Part shown: piece by piece, positions 24,176 to 37,042 of the stretch
Position numbering within the stretch: position 1 is the stretch's first letter
Layout of the letters: each line of letters begins with the position of its first letter
Source: Octopus bimaculoides
Taxonomy: Eukaryota
Direction: 5' to 3'
DNA: 55,953 bases
NCBI RefSeq assembly: GCF_001194135.2
Contig: NC_068994.1
Location: 14,885,047 to 14,940,999 of the forward strand
Notes under the pieces: generated by a model
The model's input: the letters and a program-made list of their open reading frames with translations, nothing else
Database searches by the model: none
Told to the model about the DNA's origin: nothing
Position numbers and translations under genes: made by a program

Positions 24176-25250
24176 CTGAATCATACTACAATACTCCAAC
24201 AATCTTCCCAGTTATGACTCTTAGAAACACACACAAACACACACACATATCTAGGTACATATAATATACATAGGTGCAGCCATAGCTTGTGTAGTAAGAA
24301 GTTTGTTTCTTTTGTACATGGTTCTGAGTTCAGTCCAGCTGTGTGGCACTTTGGGTAAGTGCCTTCTACTATAGCCTCAGGCTGACCAAAGCCTTCTGAG
24401 TGAATTTGGTAAGCTGAAACTGAAAGAAGACTGTCATATATGTGCAGGCATCTGTTCCCCACCAGCTTTTAACAACTGGTTAATTTTAACAAACAACATC
24501 ATTTTTTAGCCAATATTTAAATTAACTTTGTTGCATCTATTAACTCTGTTTTATTTTTTTTGGGGAATTCACTGAAAAAAATTCTTGTTAAACCTTCTCA
24601 AAACTAAAATTTAATAATTAAAACAAATTTTTGCTATTAAAGTGTATATTCTTTTTTTCAAATCACAAACAGCATATGATTTCATAAAATCAGCAATATC
24701 CATCATAACTATATTTTTAAATCAGCCAAATTAAAGTAAACATGCACACATGAAATATGATACAGCTTCACAAATAAACTATTCTGAGATGAAAAAACTT
24801 CAGTAGTGGAGATTATCCACATGATTACAATTTAAAATCTAAAAACAAACAAAATGATTTCTGCAAGCAGATCAAGTCTTTAAAACCAACTCACTGAAAA
24901 GTAATGAGCATGTTTCAGGCTTATTAAACCTCAGCAGCAAAGCATATTCTACTCAGCAGGTAAGACTAAGAGTGATGATACACACAGACACACAAAAGGA
25001 ATATCATGATGCCGATTAAGAAAATCAACAACCTACAAGATTTTGGATGTATATATTATGTAAGTTTGTATTCCAAAATTGAACTTTATCACATGAAGGT
25101 ATGTGTGTGCGCACGCATACACACACACACACACACACATATTCAGTTCACTTTCAATTTTGTTCAAGTACATGATGTTGATAAGTCACAAAAATGACAA
25201 AACACCGATGTCCATCACTCCTGAAGGAGATTTGGAGTGAGTTGTCTCAC

Positions 25251-25305
25251 CTGTCTTAACACCTGGCACTTTGAGGCAGTCATCTCCACTGCATGAAATC
25301 ACAGC
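25251..25305 (-). CDS. Internal exon candidate, phase 0 to 1 (AVISCSGDDCLKVPGVKT-x)
   Basis: Acceptor ATATTTCTGTTAG|, donor CAG|GTGAGA, 55 nt, only one frame open. Confidence 0.55.
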
Positions 25306-26480
25306 CTAACAGAAATATTAAATATAAATTACATACAATTGTTTCGATTCTTACCCATAATACAATTATAAAAAGCTATTGTTTGTGGGCAAGAAACTCT
25401 TCAGTGTAATCTTTTATATATTGGGTATTTAACAGTGGAGCAAGTGAAAGATTGGATGTTTTCATCCTTATTTTCCTTATATCTATAACAGATTTGACAT
25501 TTTATTAGTAAAACTTTATAAACTAGTCCAAAAGAAAGTCACAAGTATGTCCCACTTCATCTGACTAAGCCATGAAAAAGGAAGACTAAAAATAGGTTTG
25601 TGTACCTGATGATGGTAAGTTTGTTCATTTTTGTAATGTAATTAATTCTTCTAAATTTGCAAAGGGTGGGTTAATATTTATTATGTACCTTGAGCACATA
25701 ATAATTACAGCATTGTAATAGATGTGTATCTCAGACTTTGTACAACAATATTGCGGAGAAATATAAAGCAAATGAGAGTCCAGTCTAACTGTACAACACT
25801 GTTTTAAAGAAATTCCACAATACATATTTACCATTCAGCCTACCCTGTTTACTCATCATTAAAAATAAATACAAATTAAATAGTGTTGGCCAGGCCTTTG
25901 TTTAGATGTCTATAGATTTTCATCAAGGTATTGAAAGAAATATCCATTTCTAAAAACATAGTGACTTGTCAAACTACAAATAGCATCTTTTTCTTTTCAT
26001 AAGTATTAAGAAAAAAATCTTCACACACCTGTCTCATATAAACATACACAAGCATTAGTCTTTAAACAAATGCACTAAATCTCGATGTGAAGAGAAAGTC
26101 ATAATTCTATTTCATATAACATATCAAATCAAAGTTACAGATATATGTGCATAAACACACACACACACACATACATATATATTTGTGTATTAAGGCTACC
26201 ATTGGTTTCAAGTTAAGCCTTCAACAATTATCAAGCCTATCTCCTGGAACATTGTCGTCCATCTCAATTTTGGATTAAAACACAAAAAGTCAAAATGGAG
26301 ACAAACACCAATGTTCCATGTGATAGGCTTGCTAATTGTTGAGGGCTTCCCTAACATGAAACCAATGGTAGCCTTAATACACAAATGAATCTTTATCCAC
26401 CCATGCAGTGTTGAGTACTAATTCTCATTGTTCAATATTTACACACATACATATCTATATCTATATATATATATATATAT

Positions 26481-26655
26481 GGGAGAATTTACGAAAAAAA
26501 CAACAACAGACGAGGACAGGTGGTGTAAACAACAAAAGGATGTATTAGTTTAATGCTCGGGAATAAAGAAAGTCTTTAACGTTTCGAGCTACGCTCTTCA
26601 ACAGAAAGAAATAAGGAGAAAAAAAATATAAATGTAGTGGTCAGCGATCTATCAT

Positions 26656-26658
<3 letters not shown>
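26481..26658 (-). mobile_element. Short (TA)n-embedded element, probably Penelope-like-derived, with a minimal hammerhead-like motif
   Basis: Flanked on both sides by (TA)n; hammerhead-like fold at 26573-26609. Confidence 0.65.
26573..26609 (-). ncRNA. Degenerate minimal type I hammerhead ribozyme motif
   Basis: Minus strand TCTTT-CTGTTGA-A-GAGC-GTA-GCTC-GAAAC-GTT-AAAGA: stem I 5 bp, stem II 4 bp, palindromic ACGT helix III, NUH = GUU; one core mismatch (A6 to U). Confidence 0.6.
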
Positions 26659-26692
<34 letters not shown>

Positions 26693-27374
26693 GGACTAGG
26701 ACTAAAAAGACTGGTTACCTGGTTTCCATGGCATATAGGTGACCGAGATCAAAATATTCCCTATCAACAGGATGCAGGTCTGTTGCAGAGTTGAAGGCAA
26801 GGAACTTTGATGTTAATTACATCAACCACAGTACTTGACTGGCGCTATATTCTATTGACCCTCCCTTTCTTCTCCCCACCAATGAGATGAAAGACAAAGT
26901 TGACCTTGGCAGGATCTGAACTCAAAATATAAAGAGCTGGAGGAAATGTTGCTCAGCATTTTATTTGAAGTGTGAAACGATTCTGCTCGCTTGCCACCTT
27001 TTATATAACATAACAAATGCATTTTTCTTAATTTAATGATTCAAATTTTGAAATTCATCTTATGAAGTTTGTCTTTTGATTCCAAACTAATTTAGTGTCT
27101 CCTACTATACATACAGTCAAGTTGGTCTGCATATACACACACACGACTACAAATATACAAAATTAATAAACAAAGGACATATAAGACAAAATATTTAATG
27201 ATTTTCCCGTGATAACTAATTAGTTTATCTATGTAGTAAACATGCAAGTAAATCTATCAGAAGAGACATAACATTTTAAAATTCACCAGCAAAGCAGTGA
27301 GTTTATATCATACAACTAACTTATGTGATAATTTAAAATGCCTTTGCTAGTAATATTTATGATATTGTTACCTT

Positions 27375-28020
27375 TATTTGTTTCAGTCTTTGGACAGCTG
27401 CCATGCTGGAGCACTGCATTGAAAAGTCTAATCAAACAAATTACACCTCTGTGTTTAATTTCTTAAAGTCTGATACTTATTCTATCTATCACTTTTTGTT
27501 AAACTGCTAAGTTCTGGGAATGTAAACAAACCAACATCAGTTGTCAAGTATTGGTGGGGACAAACACAAATATATATGTATAAAACACATGCATGCAAAC
27601 ACACACATATTGCACATATGCACACGCTGGCTTCTTCCTGTTTTTATCTACTTAATTCACTCACAAGGCTTTGATTGACTGCGGTTATAGTAGAAAGCAC
27701 TTGCCCAAGGTACTATGCAGTGAGGTTGAACCCGGAACCATGTGGTTGAGAAGCAAACTTCTTATTTCTTTATTGCCCACAAGGGGCTAAACATAGAGGG
27801 GACGAACAAGGACAGACAAAGGGATTAAGTCGATTACATCGACGCCAATACGCAACTGGTACTTAATTTATCGACTCCGAAAGGATAAAAGGCAAAGTCG
27901 ACCTCAGCAGAATTTGAACTCAGAACGTAATGGCAGACGAAATACCGCTAAGCATTTCGCCCGGCGTGCTAACGTTTCTGCCAGCTCACCACCTTCTTAC
28001 CACACACCCATGCTTGTGCT
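27375..28020 (-). mobile_element. SINE B with nested long-tailed SINE C (27765-27992)
   Basis: TSD CTTCTTA at 27758-27764 / 27993-27999. Confidence 0.88.
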
Positions 28021-29094
28021 TGTTGTTAGGCATTTAATTCAGGGCTTTGTTTTTGTTGAATAATTGAAATCAATGACTGTCAACAATTACTTTGCCGAAC
28101 AGATATACGATGACTGACAATGCTACAGAACTAGACTACTGGTTCAAAGTTCATGGGTTCATGTTTGAGCAATTAGTATAGTATGTTTACAGAAGAGTCT
28201 AGACAAAATGGTCTAATTTGGTGTCAGGATATAATTTAGCTGTACCATAGTGGCTAAATGATTGTGGTTCACCACCATCGGATCAAAATGCTATATATAC
28301 CATTAAGTTATTACTTCATTAAGTAAGTTGGACAACAGGTACTCTTTTCTATTCTGTGGTCTGAAAGGATATCTAACCTTAAAAACACCAGCTCTTCCAA
28401 GTATATGTCTAAACTTGCAGAACTATACAATTCTTGTGAGTACAGAGAAGTTCTGGGATGTAAACAAACCAGCACCAGTTGTCAAGTGGTGGTGGTGATG
28501 GTGGGCACAAGCATAAACATATACATGTATATATATACTATACATAGAAACACACACACACACACACCATCAACATTGTTTTAATGTCCACTTTTCCATG
28601 TCCAAATGGGTCAGACAGAATTTGTTGAGGCAGATATTCTAGAGCTGGATGCCCTTCTTGTTGCCAACTTTTTTCCCTATGACCAGACATGTTTTCACAG
28701 AAGATTCAAAATGATGGACACCACTTGCCAGTTGATACTTGTTTATAACTATCATGTGACATCCAGGCAAGCAGACAGCAACTCACACACACACACACGT
28801 TCGTGTGCAGCAGGCTTCTTCCAGTTTCTGCCTACGAAATCGATTCACAAACCTTTGCTAAGCCAGGGACTTTAGTAGAATACCCAAGGTGCTGCATAGC
28901 GAGACTGAATTACACCAGTAAATATTTAAGTACACCTACACATTTATAAGCCTATTTCTTTTCAAAGCTGATTTTCCTGATTACATAATGATCCATGAAT
29001 TTTCAGAAGATATTTGAGATAAAACAATACTTTCTGTTATGAATTAACCTGCAAAATTATTCCCAGTCTCCTGTTGAACATTTCTCATAAAGTT

Positions 29095-29750
29095 GCAGAT
29101 GTGGCTGTGCACTTAAGAAAACTGCTTCCCAACCATAGAGCCTTGGCACAGCACCTTTGGCAAGAGTCTTCTGCTATAGCCCTGGGTTAACCAAAGCTTT
29201 GTGAATGAATTTGGTAGATAAACATTGAAAGAAGCCTGTCATTTACATAGATGCATACATGCATCTATGAGTGCGCATGCACATGTGTCTTTGTTATTTC
29301 TTTATTGCCCACAAGGGGCTAAACATAGAGGGGACAAACAAGGACAGACAAAGGGATTAAGTTGATTACATCGACCCCCAGTGCATAACTGGTACTTAAT
29401 TTATCGACCCCAAAAGGATGAAAGGCAAAGTCAACCTCGGTGAAAGTTGAACTCAGAACGTAACGGCAGACAAAATACCACTATGCATTTCGCCCGGCGT
29501 GCTAATGTTTCTGCCAGCTCGCCGCCCCATGTGTCTTTGTGCTGGTGCTTATCTCTTGTCACCACTTGACATCCAATGTTGATTTGTTTACATCTGTGCC
29601 CATAACTTAGTGGTTTAGCAAAAGAGATTGACAATAAAAACCAAGCTTAAAAATAAATACTGGGGTCAGTTTATTCTACTAAATGCATCAAGGCAGTGAG
29701 TGCTCCAGCATGGTCATGGTCCAATGACTTAGACAAGTAAAAGCTGAAGA
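29095..29750 (+). mobile_element. Diverged SINE B with nested long-tailed SINE C (29295-29527, -)
   Basis: 13-bp TSD CATGTGTCTTTGT at 29282-29294 / 29528-29540. Confidence 0.88.
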
Positions 29751-30858
29751 GAGAGAAATAGTGAATCTAAATAAATGTTGAGACCATTGATCTTTCCTAA
29801 TGAAAATGTCAAAATGAAGCATGACAGGAAATGGAAATCTCAAAAATTGATAAGGAAGATTTCTTTGAAGGCCTACTCTTTGCTCTTTTTCAGGGCCCCT
29901 AGTGTTATTTACACACACACCCACCCTTCTCATACACACAATTCCTTATTCTAGCAAGCGACCCACATTACATTTGTTTTGTGAATCCTTGCTACATCTG
30001 GCAGTATCTGACTTTCAGGAAGTTATAATTTCTTTTCAGACTTAGCAGCATTGTGTGATTGCATACATAGAAAAGGAAGAAAAACGACCTTAAGACTTCA
30101 CAAACATAGCACTTTAAATAGTTAATAGACAAAACAAATGTATATATTGCTAAACCAGGACAAACTAAGTTAAGAATTACAAAGATAAGACAAAAAAAAT
30201 ATAAATATATAAAATATATAAAAAAAAAAGACAATGTTGTGAAGGAAAAAACATTGAAAATAAACTGTATGTCATTTACAATCTTAACATGTTTTAGCTG
30301 GAGAAGGCAAAAACTGTGTTAGGGAAGAAAATGTTGACGAGATTTACATGTGTGTGTGTGTTAAAAAGCCTTAGCTTATAAAATTATAACAATGATTAAA
30401 GATGAATCAAGAAATATAAGTTATAGTTATTTTAATTAAAAATAAACAAAACAATTTCCCTGAATGAAAAGTACTACAAAGGAAAAAGAAAGTTAGATAC
30501 AAAGATAAAGTTTTTGGACATATATTAATTTAATAAGTATTTTGATTAATTTTGGCTGTGTGGTTAAGAAGTTTGTTTTACAGTCTTACTATACAGCATC
30601 TTGGAAAAAATCTATTATAGTGCCAGGCCAACCAATGCCTTGTGATTGAATATGGTAGATGGAAACTGTGAGGAAGCCTGCCATGTTCATTTATGTATTT
30701 GTGTGTGTATGTGCATGCATCTGTTTACACACCCATCACATGAAAAGTGGTGTTGGTTAATTTACATCCCATAACATAGCAGTTCAGCAAAAAGGGATTA
30801 ATAGAATAAACCCCACAGTTAGAATATGTGCTAGAGTCAATTTGTTTCCGCTAAACCC

Positions 30859-30958
30859 TTTAACCCCTTAGCATTCAGATTAGTCTTTCAATTGTAATGC
30901 TTATTTATTCACATCATTTTGAATTAATCATGCTTTGTCTCGTAGCTTCAAGATATCT
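30859..30958 (-). mobile_element. MITE E1 terminal fragment
   Basis: TTAACCCCTTAGCATTCAGAT..., matching the 15801 copy. Confidence 0.7.
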
Positions 30959-31469
30959 CTCTGCCTAAGCAAAATTGATACTGGTATTGGTGCTACTCAA
31001 AAAGCTCTGGTGAGGTTCCACATGAAAAGCAGCTAATATACCCTGTGGGGGTGATCGGTGTTAGGAAGAGCATCTAGCCATAGAAACTGTGCCAGAACAG
31101 ACAATGGAGCCTGGCGTGGCTCCTGGCCTTACCAGCTCCAATCAAATCACCCAACCCATGCCAGCATGAAAAACAAATGATGATGATATGCGTGCATGCG
31201 CACGCATGTATGTGTTACTGTCTCCTTGCCTTACATCACATGATAGTTGTAAACGAGTGCACTGTCAAACAACTGCCTTCAATTCCAATATTTTGCAAAA
31301 ATATGTCTAGTCAGAGACAGGTAAAGGTTGGTGACAGCAAGAGCATCCAGCTATAGAAAAATCTGCTTCAGCAAATAGTTTCCAACACATGCAAGCATGG
31401 AAAAGTGGACATTAAAACAATGATGGTAATGACAGTGAATCTGATGAAACAAGATCAAATTAGAAATAC

Positions 31470-31855
31470 TCTCTTTTCTCTCTCTTTTACGTCATTTTGA
31501 CTGCGGCCATGCTGGAGCACCGCCTTTAGTCGAGCACAAATCGACCCCAGGACTTATTCTTTGTAAGCCTAGTACTTATTCTATCGGTTTCTTTTGCCAA
31601 ACCGCTAAGTTATGGGGACGTAAACACACCAGCATTGGTTGTCAAGTGATGTTTGGGGTAACAAACACAGACACACAAACACACACACATATATATATAC
31701 ATATATACAACGGGCTTCTTTCAGTTTCCGTCTACCAAATCCACTCACAAGGCTTTGGTCGGCCAAGGCTATAGTAGAAGACACTTGCCCAAGGTGCCAC
31801 ACAGTGGGACTGAACCCAGAACCATGTGGTTGGTAAGCAGCAAGCTACTTACCAC
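31470..31855 (-). mobile_element. SINE B, cut by a gap
   Basis: Family B homology. Confidence 0.92.
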
Positions 31856-32084
31856 NNNNNNNNNNNNNNNNNNNNNNNNNNNNNNNNNNNNNNNNNNNNN
31901 NNNNNNNNNNNNNNNNNNNNNNNNNNNNNNNNNNNNNNNNNNNNNNNNNNNNNNNNNNNNNNNNNNNNNNNNNNNNNNNNNNNNNNNNNNNNNNNNNNNN
32001 NNNNNNNNNNNNNNNNNNNNNNNNNNNNNNNNNNNNNNNNNNNNNNNNNNNNNNNNNNNNNNNNNNNNNNNNNNNNNNNNNNNN

Positions 32085-32370
32085 AACTGTGGTTCGCGGA
32101 CCACAGGGGGTCTGCAAGGACAAGACAGGGGGTCCGTGGACAGCAAATACTTTTTATAGGCAATTTGATTTTATATATGTTTTTTAATCGAAATCTTTTA
32201 ATTGACAATAAACCTATTTGTTAAATGCTGTTAAATAAATAAATGCAAAAATATATGTTATTTTAAGCAAATATTTATGTATAAATTTAATAAGCGTTTA
32301 TAAGGGGGGTCCCTAAGGTAAAGCCTGAAATATAAAGGGGTCCGCAAGTCAAAAAGTTTGAAAACCCCTG
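32085..32370. mobile_element. hAT (Charlie-like) MITE, right part; left end lost in the gap
   Basis: Ends GTTTGAAAACCCCTG; GGGGTCC subterminal motifs. A similar right end occurs at about 39932-39968. Confidence 0.75.
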
Positions 32371-32879
32371 CAGTAGGTATCCACACTGCATACAACCATG
32401 AAGAAGCTAGTTACAGTATTTGCAGACAGTTACAAATCACTCTTACTACAAGTCCACCACTAAATTGCAGCCACTTTCTGTTTCTTATTCTACCAGTACA
32501 ATGAATGGCTTCTGCTCTTTTGAATCGAATAAATGTTACGCTTGCATAATCCCATTTAATCCACTTGCTTCTACTCCTCTCATCACTCTTATCATCCTAT
32601 CTTATTTCTCTCCACCTAGTATTAAGCACTTACCCAATCATTAAGCTACATAATTTGATATTCCTCACGATGTTCCCTTCGGCTATTAATCTCTAACAAT
32701 ACAAATTAAACATTAACTATATTTTCTTTTATCTCCAAGCTACCCTAAGTCCCTAGAATAAAGGAAAGGGTCTCGTGGACACTCTTTCTTTTGGTCCCAT
32801 CTTACAACATCCTCCCCATTGTCATACCCTCACCCCCACACCTACTTTGTACTTTTGCTACCTACCCACATACTTCATT

Positions 32880-33646
32880 TCATTCTTTTACTTGTTTTAG
32901 TTATTTGATTGCAGCCATGGTGGGGCATCACCTTGAAGGGTATTTTAGTTAAACAAAAATTTTTTTTTAAGCCTGATACTTATTCTATTGGTCTCTGGTG
33001 CTGAACTGCTAAGCTACAGGGATGTAAACACACCAACGTCAGTTGTTAAGCAGAGGGGTAGGGACAAACGCAGACACAAAGACACACACAAATATATATA
33101 TATATATATATACATTATCCAAAATGTATAGTATTAAATATTCATCATGGCTGGTCTTACCAATCGGTTTCGAGTAAAGAATACAATGGCGGGTTAGATA
33201 ACAATCCATTGTATTCTTTATGCAAAACTGATTGGTAAGACCAGCCATGATGGATATTTAATACTATACATTTTGGAAAATATACTCACTCAACTGACAT
33301 ATACGAGTGTATCTTTTCCCTGACTTATGGTCTCCTAGACGACTCACGCACGTATATTAATGTATGTATGTATACATATAAACTCAGTGTAAACAATCTA
33401 AGAGACAATATATGATGACCTTCTGTGTCTGTTTTCCGTTTGTGCTTATATATATATATTTTTAAACTTATACACACACACACATATATACACACAACAG
33501 GGTTCTTTCAGTTTCTGTCTACCAAATCCACTCACAAGGCTTTAGTCAGCCTAAGACTCTAGCCCTAGGTACTATGCAGTGGGATTGAACCTGGAACCAT
33601 GTGGTTGGGAAGCAAGCTTCTTATCACACAGCCACACCTGCACCTA
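32880..33646 (-). mobile_element. Diverged SINE B with about 350 bp inserted in its internal microsatellite, including a foldback element at 33118-33277
   Basis: The SINE halves flank the insert; 72-bp inverted arms seen directly. Confidence 0.8.
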
Positions 33647-33714
33647 TTTCTCTCTCTTTTTTTTTTTTTTTGTTAGATTGGCTTAACTCTATTTAGAAGA
33701 CGCAAACTGTATGG

Positions 33715-33757
<43 letters not shown>
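33715..33757. repeat. Poly-A run of about 43 nt (others near 17371-17400 and 20593-20620)
   Basis: Seen directly. Confidence 0.95.
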
Positions 33758-33760
<3 letters not shown>

Positions 33761-34189
33761 AAATGAAATGGTTGTTGATTACTAAGATTTAAAAGTAATA
33801 AATTACAAAATCAATTATGTCTGTTAGACTTATGTTTATATCCTCAAAATCTCAACTAATACAGCTAAATAGGAGTATAGATCAATCTAATAATAGATCT
33901 TTTTTTTTTTTACTTGTTTCAGTTATTGGACTGTGGCCATGCTGGGGCACCTCTTTGAAGGGTTTTAGACTAAATGAATCAAACACAGTACTTTTTTTTT
34001 TTTCCTTAAAAGCCTGGTACTTAATCTGCTAGTCTCTCATGCCAAACCTGTAAGTTAAAGCAATCTAAAAGCAACACCCAAAGTTCAACAGCAGGACTGA
34101 ACCCGAAACTATGTAGTTGGGAAGCAAACTTCTTACCACACAGCCACGAATCATGATATATATATATATATGTATGTCTCATACAGATA

Positions 34190-34510
34190 TAGGGTAAAAA
34201 TGAATTGTTAATTGATAATTAGTAATGTTACCAAGTAGTTCGGTGTGTTAAAAACCATTATCGGTAAATGTATAAACACAATTTAAAATTTAGGGTTCAG
34301 CAAGTATTGCTTCACCACACACCGAAAATTAGAAATAGCAGCCAAAAAACTACTATTTCTCTACAAAAATAAAACTCCCCCAAAAAAGTAATACTCGCAA
34401 ACTACAATGGTAAAAAAGGAAACAATAATGAATCTACCCGACCTTGATTAATTGTGGACTCCCCAGCCAATACTTGCTGAACCCTAAATTTTAAATTGTG
34501 TTTGTATTGA
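34190..34510. mobile_element. (TA)n-embedded element with a 39-bp inverted repeat (34271-34309 / 34468-34506)
   Basis: Arms match with 1 mismatch. Confidence 0.75.
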
Positions 34511-34521
34511 TATATATATGT

Positions 34522-34904
34522 GTGTTGGCACTTCGTCACTTACAACGGTGAGGGTTCCAGTTGATCCGATCAATGGAACAGCCTGCTCGTGAAAGTAACG
34601 TGCAAGTGGCTGAGCACTCTACAGACACGCGTACCCTTAACGTAGTTCTCGGGGATATTCAACGTGACACAGTGTGACAAGGCTGACCCTTTGAATTACA
34701 GGCGCAACAGAAACAGGAAGTAATAGTGAGAGAAAGTTGTGGTGGAAGAGTACAGCAGGGTTCGCCACCATCCCCTGCCGGAGCCTCGTGGAGCTTTAGG
34801 TGTTTTCGCTCAATAAACACTCACAACGCCCGGTCTGGGAATCGAAACCACAATCCTATGACCGCGAGTCCGCTGCCCTAACCACTGGGCCATTGCGCCT
34901 CCAC
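34522..34904 (-). mobile_element. SINE family A, full length
   Basis: Reverse complement of 49165-49553 at high identity. Confidence 0.95.
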
Positions 34905-35665
34905 AGATATATATATATATATATATATATAAATAATATCATCCAATATTCTAAGTCTATGTCAATCTGCAAAGTCAATGCTTAATTAAATCCTAGTTAG
35001 AACAGGAAGACAAACACTTTTGTTACTATGCTAGCATGTGTAAATTAATGATACAAAATAATCTTGCATGAGTAAAAGAGTAGTAGAGTTCACACAAAAA
35101 TTAGAAAGTGGGATTAGAGACTTTCCTGTATATAGTTTGGCGCCTAAAGTTGCTGAATTGAAATCCTGCCAGGGGAGGAGGACTTTTGCTTTTGCATTCC
35201 TTTCAGATTTATAAAATATTAACTACTAAGTAATATACTCGTAGCAATTCAATTAATTATATCCTTCCAGCCATCCATCCATCCCAAAAAATAATAATTC
35301 ATAATTAAATGAAAAGGATTTGCCATCTAAGACCGAAACCACCAACTTAACAAATGTCTAAATGAAAATTCACGTGATTGATTCATATCAACTGATCAAA
35401 ATATGACACACGCTGACAGACCAGAATTGCAGAAAGAGTTGACTTATTGATGTATATCTGAAACAGGTTCACTTTAAGTTAACATGCTTTTGTTTATATA
35501 TGTATATATTTATGTACACTCAAAATATATATATATATATATGCATATAATGTGTGTGTGTGTGTGTATATACAGAGAGAGAGAGAGATTGATACAGATG
35601 AATGTGTGCATGCAAATGTGTACACGCACACACACATATATACATATATATCTATATACATACAT

Positions 35666-35970
35666 AGGTTCAAAAGAGAAAAACAACTAAAAAACAACAA
35701 AAAACAACAACGCATGGACGTGATACAGATATTGTGTTACTGGACGCTCAGGAAAGGAAAGGAAAGAAAGAGAATTTGACGTTTCGAGCGGAGCTCTTGG
35801 TCGGAAACATAGGAAAGTCCAAAAAGGGAAGATGGAGGAAGAAAAAATCGCCAACGATCCACGAGGCTACATTGTGGAATGACCGGAAGGGAAAGGGTGG
35901 AGAAAAAGTTCTTTCTAAGACAGGAGAGTGCAAGAGAGGGAGGTAAGTATGTGTGCATGCGCACGGGTCC
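35666..35970 (-). mobile_element. (TA)n-embedded element, probably Penelope-like-derived, with a hammerhead-like motif at 35774-35808
   Basis: Microsatellite flanks; shares AACAACAAC and GCTC(A/G)GGAA landmarks and the GAGC/GCTC stem with the 26481 element. Confidence 0.6.
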
Positions 35971-36090
35971 ATACATATATATATATATACATACATACAT
36001 ACATATATATCTATATACATACATACATATATATATATATATACATACATATATATATTATATATATATACATTATATACATTCATACAT

Positions 36091-36253
36091 AGTGGTTGGC
36101 GTTAGGAAGGGCATCCAGCTGTAGAAACTCTGCCAAATTTAGATTGGAGCCTGGTGTTGCCATCCGGTTTCACCAGTCCTCAGTCAAGTCGTCCAACCCA
36201 TGCTAGCATGGAAAGCGGACGTTAAACGATGATGATGATGATGATGATGATGA
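36091..36253 (+). mobile_element. SINE D 3' portion with (GAT)n tail
   Basis: Near-consensus match to other D copies. Confidence 0.92.
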
Positions 36254-37042
36254 TACATACAGATATATCCAACCAAACACCCACACATTTGTCATTGAAC
36301 ATTCATCTTAATGCTAAAACAAATATAATCAAATAGAAGAGGAGACAAAAAGCTGAAAGACTTAGCAGACATGAAGCCTAAACTGCAAAAATGAAAGACA
36401 GCTCAAATTCATACAGTTCAAACCATTGATTTTATCATCATCAGCTTCCTCTCAGAGAGCGAATGGTTCTAAAGATATACAACAAGAAGTGGGTGAATAA
36501 ATAGGAAATTATGAAGTTAAATCTGAATCAAAGTAGTATTTATAACTTAAAACAAAAACACTGCTAATTGCTTCTCCCTATCTTTTGTGTATAAAACAAC
36601 AAATAACCAAGCATAATGCAATTGAAATAATATAATCTCAGCTAATAGGCATTCATCAGTCTATAAAAAGCAACAACTCTAGCCACAGTGAGATAATGGA
36701 TTAGATACTGGCAGCTTTCCCAATAGTTGGTTTTAAACACTCAGATAAGTTAGAGTACAAAGGAACTGAATTATCTACAGAGGGATGTGTGTAACTACAG
36801 AAACTATGAGATCAAGAGCAACAAATTCAGGTTAAAGGGAGTGATAAAAATGAATTTAAAATAAATAAATAAAATTATTGGAATTCAAAAGAAATTAGTT
36901 TAACTTTTAATTTTTAAAATCATTTTCATAATTCCTGTAATTGTTTGTAAAAGGAAGTTTTTAGTCAATTTACATACTTTTATGACTAATCCAATAATAG
37001 ATGCAATTACATATTTAAAATTTTCTTTTTTTCTTTTTATGT

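Noticed and set aside
25251-25305. SGDDC resembling the viral RdRp GDD motif; also a loose WD40-like look
   Set aside because: An 18-aa segment bounded by splice sites, with no other polymerase motif and no WD dipeptide; chance similarity.
32400-32870. Possible old LINE fragment on the minus strand
   Set aside because: No recognisable RT or endonuclease motif in any frame.
33193-33204. 12-mer GTTAGATAACAA shared with 52494-52505
   Set aside because: Many 12-mer matches are expected by chance in 56 kb of AT-rich DNA.
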